Shown: piece after piece, positions 38,531-45,438 of the stretch
Layout of the letters: every line of letters begins with the position of its first letter
Position numbering within the stretch: the first letter of the stretch is position 1
From: Caldisericota bacterium
Lineage (GTDB): Bacteria; Caldisericota; Caldisericia; B22-G15
Assembly (NCBI GenBank): GCA_029553255.1
Contig: JAKPCM010000163.1
Location: forward strand, 1 to 45,438
Direction: 5' to 3'
DNA length: 45,438 nt
Program-made: the position numbers and the translations under genes
The notes under the pieces: generated by a model
What the model was told of the DNA's origin: nothing
The model's database searches: none
What the model saw: the letters and a program-made list of their open reading frames with translations, nothing else

Positions 38531-39034
38531 ATGAATACAAAAAGTTTGGTCAGAGGAGCAATTATTGCGGGATTGTATCTTTCATTAACATTAATATTTG
38601 CTCCAATAAGTTTTAAAGCATTCCAGGTGAGAGTGTCTGAGAGTTTAACACTATTACCCTTTTTAACTTTTGATGCAGTATGGGGAGTTTTTATAGGTTG
38701 TTTTATTGCAAATTTTTTTTCTCCATTTGGATTTATTGATGTATTGTTTGGTTCTTTGTTAACTTTAATCGCAGCATATTTAACTTTTCTATTAAGAAAA
38801 ACAAAAAAGATTTATCTTGCTCCAATACCACCAATTCTATTAAACGGTTTAGGTGTCTCCTTTTATATAACTCTCTTATCAAGTAATGAAATGTCTTTAA
38901 GTAATTTCAACCTCAAACTTTATCTTTCAATATCTTCTTCAATACTTATTGGAGAATCAATAGCTACTTATTTAATTGGCTTACCTCTGATTATTTATTT
39001 TTCAAAATTAAAATTTTTTAAGGAGGAAATATGA
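38531..39034 (+). CDS. queT: QueT-family queuosine-precursor transporter (ECF S-component-like)
   Basis: 167-aa polytopic protein. RGAIIAGLYLSLTLIFAPISFKAFQVRVSESLTLLPF is the QueT N-terminal signature. No SD is visible. Confidence 0.65.
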   Translation: MNTKSLVRGAIIAGLYLSLTLIFAPISFKAFQVRVSESLTLLPFLTFDAVWGVFIGCFIANFFSPFGFIDVLFGSLLTLIAAYLTFLLRKTKKIYLAPIPPILLNGLGVSFYITLLSSNEMSLSNFNLKLYLSISSSILIGESIATYLIGLPLIIYFSKLKFFKEEI

Positions 39035-39870
39035 AGATAAAAATTTCTCTTGCTCAAATTAATACAAAACTTGGTAATATAAATCAGAATATAAAAATTC
39101 ATGAGAAATATATAAAAAAGGCAATTGACGAAAAAAGTAATTTGATAGTATTTCCAGAATTATCAATATCTGGCTACTATCTACAGGATGGAGCATTAGA
39201 GGTTTCATTGAAAAAAGAAAGAGTATTGGAAATTTTTTATGATTTAAGCCAAAAAATAGACATTTCTCTTGGTTTCCCAGAAATTGGAGAAGACAGTGTA
39301 ACTTATATTTCACAGATATATATATCAAAAGGAAAAATTTTACATAATCATAGAAAAATCTATCCACCAAATCATGGAATGTTTGATGATTTGAAATTTT
39401 TTGGAAAAGGCAAAGAGGTGAAAAGTTTTGATACTGACTTTGGAAAAGCTGGAATGTTAATTTGTAGAGATTTTTTTCACCCCTCTCTTGCCCTCCTTCA
39501 TTACTTACAAAATAGTGAACTATTAATTTTAACTTCTGCAATTCCAGTTAGAGGTTCATACAGAGAAAACGGAATAGGTATTTATGAATCAACAGAAAAA
39601 CTTTTATCAATCTATTCATTAAGATTTCATACTTTTATAGTTTTTGTTAATAGAGTGGGATTCGAAGAAGGCATATGCTTTATGGGAGGTTCTATGGCAA
39701 AAGATCCATCTGGAAAAACAATTCTTTCTCTTCCTTTAATAAAAGAGGATTTTGAAAGTATTGAAATCAATTTTGATGAGATAAAGGAAGAAATATTTAA
39801 TTTACCTTTAAGAAGAGAAGAAGAGATTGATATAATATTAAATAATTTAAAGGAGATTAAAAATGGATAA
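39031..39870 (+). CDS. Carbon-nitrogen hydrolase (nitrilase superfamily), probable glutaminase subunit of NAD synthetase
   Basis: AAGGAGG SD upstream. The E-K-C triad context is FPELSISGY, HRKIYP and MLICRDFFHP. It overlaps queT (ATGA) and nadE (8 nt). Confidence 0.7.
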   Translation: MKIKISLAQINTKLGNINQNIKIHEKYIKKAIDEKSNLIVFPELSISGYYLQDGALEVSLKKERVLEIFYDLSQKIDISLGFPEIGEDSVTYISQIYISKGKILHNHRKIYPPNHGMFDDLKFFGKGKEVKSFDTDFGKAGMLICRDFFHPSLALLHYLQNSELLILTSAIPVRGSYRENGIGIYESTEKLLSIYSLRFHTFIVFVNRVGFEEGICFMGGSMAKDPSGKTILSLPLIKEDFESIEINFDEIKEEIFNLPLRREEEIDIILNNLKEIKNG

Positions 39871-40687
39871 TTTAAAATTGAATCTTGAATTTGCTAAAAA
39901 TTTAATAACTTCATTTATAAAAGAGGAAAAAGAAAAAATTGGATTAAAAAAAGGTATCATAGCTTTGAGTGGTGGTGTTGATTCTGTACTTGTTTCTTAC
40001 CTTTCAACTCTTGCTCTTGGAAAAGAAGATGTTGTTGCAATTAATATGCCTTATGGAGAACTTGGTAAAAAAGGAAGTGAAGATTCTATAAAAATATGTG
40101 AAATTTTAAATATTAGATATGAAATAATTGATATAAAACCTTTGATTGATAGTTATTTCGACTTAGAGGAAATGGATAACTTAAGAAAAGGTAATTTTAT
40201 GGCAAGAATGAGAATGAATATAGTTTTTGATAAAGCAAAAAAATTTGATGGATTTGTAATAGGATGTTCGAATAAAAGCGAACTTCTAATTGGATATTCA
40301 ACATGGTATGGAGATATGGCTGCTTCAATACTTCCATTAGGAGATTTATATAAAACTCAAGTTTATTTACTATCAAAATATCTCGGTATTCCAAATTATA
40401 TCATTAATAAAGTGCCATCTGCAGAATTATGGACAGATCAAACCGATGAAGAAGAGATTGGAATAACATATGAGGAACTTGATAAGATATTGTATTTACT
40501 TGTTGATAAAAGAATGAACATAAATGAAGTAATTAAAGAGGGCTTTGACGAGGAAAAGGTAAAAAAAGTAAAAAGAATGTTAGTTAATTCTCAATTTAAA
40601 AGAAGATTCCCTCCGATACCAAAACTCTCAGATAGAACAATTGGAATAGATTATCTCTATTTTAGAGATTATAAAAATTATGATTAA
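39863..40687 (+). CDS. nadE: NAD+ synthetase (synthetase domain only)
   Basis: The PP-loop is ALSGGVDS. GCSNKSELLIGYSTWYGD, DLYKTQV and ELWTDQTDEEEIG are also present. Confidence 0.85.
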   Translation: MDNLKLNLEFAKNLITSFIKEEKEKIGLKKGIIALSGGVDSVLVSYLSTLALGKEDVVAINMPYGELGKKGSEDSIKICEILNIRYEIIDIKPLIDSYFDLEEMDNLRKGNFMARMRMNIVFDKAKKFDGFVIGCSNKSELLIGYSTWYGDMAASILPLGDLYKTQVYLLSKYLGIPNYIINKVPSAELWTDQTDEEEIGITYEELDKILYLLVDKRMNINEVIKEGFDEEKVKKVKRMLVNSQFKRRFPPIPKLSDRTIGIDYLYFRDYKNYD

Positions 40688-41336
40688 AATTGTAATTTTT
40701 GATTTTGACGGTACTCTTTTTGATACAAAATATGATCTTGCAAGAAGTGTAAATATTCTTTTAAAGGAATACTGTTTAAATGAGTTACCCGTTGAAGAGA
40801 TTTATAAAAATATTGGAAATGGTGCAGATATTCTGCTTTTGAAATCTTTTAATTTTTACAATTTAATGCCACCAGAAAATTCGATTGAAAGATTTTTAGA
40901 TATTTATGATAAAGAAAAATTAAAAAATACCAAACCTTTTGACGGTATTGTTAATGTTTTGGAAAAATTATATAGGAAAAAGATTCTTTATATAATTACA
41001 AATAAAGATGAGAAAAATAGTTTAGAAATACTAACATATTTTAATTTAGAAAAATATTTTAAAAGAGTTATTGGAAGAGATACATTTGGAATTAAAAAAC
41101 CTGATAGCAGATTGATTGAGATAGTAAAAAATTTTGAGAATGTTAATAACAATGAAATAGTAATAATAGGTGATAGTGAAATTGATTTAACTTTTGGAAA
41201 AAACAACAACATTAAAGTAATTCTTGTTACATGGGGAGGAATGAGTGATATTGATTATTTAAAAAGTCTTAAACCTGATTATGTTATTGATCATCCTTAT
41301 GAAATAATCGAATTAATCAGTAAAAATTTTATATAA
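40680..41336 (+). CDS. HAD-superfamily hydrolase (phosphoglycolate phosphatase-like)
   Basis: Motif I is IFDFDGTLFDT, motif II is IITNK, and motifs III/IV are KKPD ... IGDSEIDL. Confidence 0.75.
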   Translation: MIKIVIFDFDGTLFDTKYDLARSVNILLKEYCLNELPVEEIYKNIGNGADILLLKSFNFYNLMPPENSIERFLDIYDKEKLKNTKPFDGIVNVLEKLYRKKILYIITNKDEKNSLEILTYFNLEKYFKRVIGRDTFGIKKPDSRLIEIVKNFENVNNNEIVIIGDSEIDLTFGKNNNIKVILVTWGGMSDIDYLKSLKPDYVIDHPYEIIELISKNFI

Positions 41337-41536
41337 ATCATAACTATTTTATTTAAGAATTTTTAATATATATATTAAATCAAGCCAAACATTATTTTAT
41401 TAAATATATTATCCTTTGATTCATAAATATTCTGACTTGGTATTGATATCGAATTTATTCTATCGGATAATATTTTTATTAGTTTATTAAATTTTAAAAT
41501 TATCCATAAGCGATAATTATAATATAAAATAAAAAT

Positions 41537-43168
41537 ATGCAAGTTGATAATTTCGAAGAGATATGTGAAATTGGACATGGTGGTGAAGCAACAGTTTATA
41601 TTCATTTAAGAAGGGTATTCCCATTTTTTGAAAAAATGTTTATAACAAAAAGAGATTTTGTTGTTAGCTATAGGGTGCTTCATAAAGCGAACATATCTTC
41701 AAATGAATTACTAATTAAAAGATCATTCAGTGAATTTTTAAGACATTTAATTGCTAAGAAATTTGATGATTATTTTTTAAGAAAAAGTCATTATAAATAT
41801 CCTCATATTCCAAGATTACTTGGTTTTGATATCAACGGATATTATTATGAATTTGTTTATGGCCTTGAAGGTTATTATCCATTGTATTTTGATGATACAA
41901 ATATGAATTGGAATCCTGTCGCCTTGAATGATGAAAGGATTTCTTCTTCACTTTTTCATGAAATTGGAATATACCTTTTTCAAGATATTGTGGAACCAAC
42001 CTCAAATTATGTAAAAAATTTAATTATTGAAGAACCTTATATTTCACTTATGCCTGAAAATATTTCAAGTTTATGGAAAAGAATAGATTTTGGTGTAAAA
42101 AGCATAAAGTTTGATTATGAGAAGACTAAAAAATATATAGAGAAAAATGAGAAAGAGTTAAATGAAGTTTTGACAAATGATAGAGTTGAAATGCTTTTAA
42201 TTGCACTTGATTATTTAATAAAAGATGGCAATTCAAAAACTTTTGGAGAAAAAAAGTTCAATAGATTGAAATATTTGATAGAGCTTTTCTTAAAATCGAC
42301 TTTAGAGCATATGGGTATAATTGAAGAAAATCCTGAACATTTAATAATTCAAAAAAAGGAGGGAAGATATAAGAAATTAAAATTAAAAGTAATCAAAATA
42401 AAAAAGGGAAATTATAAATTTTTATCACCATCTTTTAATAAGAAAATTTTTGAAAATGATAAATTTAGATTTGGACTTATACAATCTTCAGAAATTCCAT
42501 CAATAGATAGTATTATAATTACGCATAGTGAAGTCCCAATGGCAAAAATAGAATATAAAGAAAACAATAAAGGCTTTAACATTTTTTTAATTCATTTTCT
42601 GATAAAAAAATTTGAAGATTACTTTATAACAGCTGGTTTTTATTCTTTTCCTCATATTCCAAGACCATTAGGTTATTGGGAAAACTATCTTCTTTATGAA
42701 TTTCCATTTGGAAAACAGATACTTAAAAAAAATTTTATTGATAATAAAAAAGTTGATGATCTTGAAAATGTTTATAATCTGTTTTTTAATATTGGCATTG
42801 ACTTTATGAAAAACGTTTCATATTTTGAAGATAAAATCAAAAAAGAAAAGGTTGCTTTTGAGTTTTTTGTCTCTCAACCAGAAAATAGTGTTTTAGAAAA
42901 ATTTTCAAGAATGTGGCAAAGAGCTATATTCACAGAAGAAGATTTAAATATAGATTATGATAAAATAGAAAAGTTCATATTGCTTAATAAAGAAATATTA
43001 AATAAAAATCTATCAAAAGGAAGGTACGAAACTATGATACTTGCAGTAAAGTATTTAAGAAATGAAATTGACAAGAGCGAATTTAAAAGTTTAAAAAATG
43101 GTATTTTAAAATTTAGAATCTCTTCATTAAGACATTATAATCCAAAAGAAATTTATCTATTTGATTAG
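41537..43168 (+). CDS. Hypothetical protein made of two tandem diverged Bud32/RIO-like atypical kinase-fold repeats
   Basis: There is an internal duplication with a ~283-aa offset (residues 64-109 versus 347-392, see findings). Copy 1 has IGHGGEATVY, TKRDFVVSYRV, QDIVEPTSN and RIDFG. No SD is present and the upstream spacer is 200 bp. Confidence 0.45.
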   Translation: MQVDNFEEICEIGHGGEATVYIHLRRVFPFFEKMFITKRDFVVSYRVLHKANISSNELLIKRSFSEFLRHLIAKKFDDYFLRKSHYKYPHIPRLLGFDINGYYYEFVYGLEGYYPLYFDDTNMNWNPVALNDERISSSLFHEIGIYLFQDIVEPTSNYVKNLIIEEPYISLMPENISSLWKRIDFGVKSIKFDYEKTKKYIEKNEKELNEVLTNDRVEMLLIALDYLIKDGNSKTFGEKKFNRLKYLIELFLKSTLEHMGIIEENPEHLIIQKKEGRYKKLKLKVIKIKKGNYKFLSPSFNKKIFENDKFRFGLIQSSEIPSIDSIIITHSEVPMAKIEYKENNKGFNIFLIHFLIKKFEDYFITAGFYSFPHIPRPLGYWENYLLYEFPFGKQILKKNFIDNKKVDDLENVYNLFFNIGIDFMKNVSYFEDKIKKEKVAFEFFVSQPENSVLEKFSRMWQRAIFTEEDLNIDYDKIEKFILLNKEILNKNLSKGRYETMILAVKYLRNEIDKSEFKSLKNGILKFRISSLRHYNPKEIYLFD

Positions 43169-43170
43169 AA

Positions 43171-44301
43171 ATGAAATATAGAAAATTTTATAAAGGAAAT
43201 ATTGATATTTCTTCTCTTGGATTTGGTACTATGAGATTTCCAACAATAAAAAATGAAGGTGATATTGATATTCAAAAAACCACAGAAATGCTTGATTACG
43301 CAATTAATAGTGGTCTAAACTACATTGATACAGCGTTTACATATCATAATGGAATGAGCGAAAATTTTTTAGGTGAATATTTAGAAAAAAGAAAAGTAAG
43401 AGACAAAATTTTTCTTGCAACAAAAATGCCGGTTTGGAAAATAGAAAAAAATTCAGATCTTGATTACTATTTTAATATACAACTAAGAAGGTTAAGGACC
43501 TCTTATATAGATTTTTATCTTCTTCATTCGTTATGGCAAGGTAGCTGGGAGAAGGTTAAAAATTTAAATATGCTTGACTTTCTTATTAAAAAGAAAGAGG
43601 AAGGAAAAATAAGATTTTTTGGGTTTTCTTTTCATGATGAATTTAATATTTTTAAAGAGATAATTGACTATTATAATTGGGATTTCTATCAGATTCAGCT
43701 AAACTATATGGACATTGATTATCAGGCAGGAGAAAGGGGATTAAAGTATGCATACGAAAAAGGAATTCAAGCAATTATAATGGAACCTCTTAAAGGAGGA
43801 AAATTAGCAAATCCTCCTCAATCAATTAGAAATGTTTTTGATGAGTATAAAATAAAAAAATCTCCTGTTGAATGGGCACTTTCATTTCTATTAAATAAAA
43901 AAGAAATTTTATTAATACTTAGTGGAATGAGCAGTTTTGAACAAGTTAAAGAAAATATTGAAGTTGCCTCAAAATATGAAATAAATTCACTAAATGAGGA
44001 CGAGCTAAAGATTTTATCAATTGCGAGAAGTGAATGGCTTAATATAAAATCAATTGGTTGTACTAATTGTAAATATTGCATGCCTTGTCCAAATGGAGTA
44101 AACATTCCAAAAAATTTTGAAATTTATAACAACTATATTATGTATGAAGATTTAGATGAAAACGCCTCAGAATATCAATATTTAAAGGAGGAAGAAAAAG
44201 CATCAAATTGTAGAGAATGTGGAAGCTGTGAAACATTATGTCCTCAAAACCTTAAAATAATAGAATTGTTAAAACTTATTAATAATACTTTTAATATATA
44301 A
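43171..44301 (+). CDS. Aldo/keto reductase with a C-terminal 4Fe-4S cluster domain (COG1453-like)
   Basis: The AKR N-terminus shows LGFGTMRF, NYIDTAFTYHNG and IDFYLLHS. Two Cys clusters are present: CTNCKYCMPCPNG and CRECGSCETLCPQ. Confidence 0.75.
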   Translation: MKYRKFYKGNIDISSLGFGTMRFPTIKNEGDIDIQKTTEMLDYAINSGLNYIDTAFTYHNGMSENFLGEYLEKRKVRDKIFLATKMPVWKIEKNSDLDYYFNIQLRRLRTSYIDFYLLHSLWQGSWEKVKNLNMLDFLIKKKEEGKIRFFGFSFHDEFNIFKEIIDYYNWDFYQIQLNYMDIDYQAGERGLKYAYEKGIQAIIMEPLKGGKLANPPQSIRNVFDEYKIKKSPVEWALSFLLNKKEILLILSGMSSFEQVKENIEVASKYEINSLNEDELKILSIARSEWLNIKSIGCTNCKYCMPCPNGVNIPKNFEIYNNYIMYEDLDENASEYQYLKEEEKASNCRECGSCETLCPQNLKIIELLKLINNTFNI

Positions 44302-44314
44302 TATGTAACTCTAA

Positions 44315-45160
44315 TTAAAGTTCGTCGATATTAAATGTATCCCAATTGTCTAAATTCCCTGTTTGAAAACCTTTATAAAACCATCTATTTCTTTGTTCTG
44401 AAGTTCCATGTGTAAAAGAATCAGGAACAACGTAACCTTGAGTTTGTTTCTGGATTCTATCATCTCCGACAGCACTTGCTGCATTTAAAGCTTCTTCAAG
44501 GTCTCCTTCTTCAAGATAACCAAGTTCTTTAACATGTCTTGCCCATACTCCTGCCAAATAATCTGCTTGAAGTTCGACACGTACAGAATACTCATTAAAC
44601 TCTTCTTGAGTTACTTGTCTTTGAATTTCCTGGATTTGATCTAAAATCCCCAAAAGATTTTGCACATGGTGACCAACCTCATGTGCAATTACATATGCAA
44701 TTGCAAAATCACCTGTTACCCCAAATCTGTTTTGAAGTTCCTCAAAGAAACTTAAATCAAGATAAACAGTTTCATCGCCAGGACAATAAAAAGGACCTGA
44801 TTGAGAACTTGCAATACCACAACCAGAATATACAGTATCGGTAAATAAAACAAGTTTAGGGAGGTCATATTGATATCCATAATCCTTAAGTACTTCTTTC
44901 CATATATCCTCTGTATCTGCAAGAACTACTGAAACAAATTCAGAAAGCTCTTTTTCTTCAGCTGTCTCTTCGTATGTAGTAGTATTATTCTCATTATTTA
45001 TAAAGTTATTTAAAACATCTGATATATTACCGCCGCCAAAAAGAGTATATATTAATATAAGGATAATTCCAAGAGTTCCACCAACTGCAGCAAAACCACC
45101 AATGCCTTTCCCCCTTCTATCTTCGATATTATCGCTTCTTCTTCTATCTTTCCAACGCAT
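44315..45160 (-). CDS. ypfJ: YpfJ-family neutral zinc metallopeptidase
   Basis: MRWKDRRRSDNIEDRRG N-terminus, one TM helix and the AHEVGHH zinc motif. AAGGAGG SD upstream. Confidence 0.75.
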   Translation of the reverse strand: MRWKDRRRSDNIEDRRGKGIGGFAAVGGTLGIILILIYTLFGGGNISDVLNNFINNENNTTTYEETAEEKELSEFVSVVLADTEDIWKEVLKDYGYQYDLPKLVLFTDTVYSGCGIASSQSGPFYCPGDETVYLDLSFFEELQNRFGVTGDFAIAYVIAHEVGHHVQNLLGILDQIQEIQRQVTQEEFNEYSVRVELQADYLAGVWARHVKELGYLEEGDLEEALNAASAVGDDRIQKQTQGYVVPDSFTHGTSEQRNRWFYKGFQTGNLDNWDTFNIDEL

Positions 45161-45195
45161 ATTTCCTCCTTATTATTAAAATTTATCTCATAGTT

Positions 45196-45204
45196 ATTAT
45201 ATCA
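45196..45204 (-). promoter_or_regulatory. Extended -10 promoter element (TGATATAAT) for ypfJ
   Basis: Minus-strand TGATATAAT at 45204..45196, about 36 nt upstream of the ATG at 45160. Confidence 0.4.
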
Positions 45205-45298
45205 AAAAATTGTAAATGCTTGGGTCATATTAATAAATTTTGGGGGCAGGTCTTGCAATGAAATATTTTTGTATCTTTTTATAAAATTTAAAATTTAA

Positions 45299-45374
<76 letters not shown>

Positions 45375-45389
45375 AAATTAACTTATCAA

Positions 45390-45438
45390 TGGTGGGCGAG
45401 AGAGGAATTGAACCTCTGACCTCCTGTTTGTAAGACAG
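45390..45438 (-). tRNA. tRNA-Val (UAC), 3' half only (cut by window end)
   Basis: The reverse complement gives anticodon loop CTTACAA. It also shows the 3' anticodon stem ACAGG, variable loop AGGTC, T arm AGAGG-TTCAATT-CCTCT and acceptor CTCGCCC-A-CCA. Confidence 0.85.

Noticed and set aside
39059-39541. 160-aa minus-strand ORF
   Set aside because: It lies antisense inside the CN-hydrolase gene, whose E-K-C triad is intact. No SD is present, so it is a shadow ORF.
41375-41605. 76-aa minus-strand ORF in the spacer before the tandem-kinase-like gene
   Set aside because: It is a low-complexity AT-rich translation that overlaps the start of the plus-strand gene. No SD or motif is present.

Overview
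Very AT-rich (by eye about 70% A+T), gene-dense bacterial chromosomal segment encoding K/E/I-rich proteins. I support about 42 protein genes, two tRNAs on the minus strand at the right edge (tRNA-Phe GAA complete, tRNA-Val UAC cut by the window end), one clear Rho-independent terminator and several sigma70-type promoters. I found no transposase, integrase, reverse transcriptase, CRISPR array or recognisable defence genes, so most of the window is ordinary housekeeping. The core blocks are: rplY-pth-mfd; a Fe-ADH / SBP-less ABC transporter / tgt / lipoprotein / CPBP protease operon; adenine deaminase plus an allantoinase-like amidohydrolase; a type II fatty-acid synthesis operon (fabZ-fabD-fabG-acpP-fabF, with a divergent FabL-like enoyl reductase); murI / cell-wall amidase / smpB; and queT / split NAD synthetase / HAD. 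One large gene, a C25 gingipain-like protease at 1..2078 on the minus strand, is missing from the ORF track because it runs off the window. No single element is clearly a new system. The candidates most worth follow-up are: (1) a 543-aa protein built from two diverged tandem Bud32/RIO-like atypical kinase folds (41537..43168); (2) a methyltransferase fused to a Ddl-like ATP-grasp ligase (7520..9466); (3) an ATGA-coupled trio of a cDPG-synthetase-like P-loop protein, an HxxEH membrane protein and a UbiA/DPPR-synthase-like transferase (23054..25877); (4) a Clp1/Grc3-type polynucleotide kinase coupled to purine-type amidohydrolases (18516..22486); (5) an ECF sigma and mini anti-sigma translationally coupled to the core FAS II operon; and (6) a family of ATTYCY-N8-RGGAAT hairpin repeats with GNRA loops, clustered in the two long ORF-free spacers. 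All family calls come from motifs read by eye; no database search was run.
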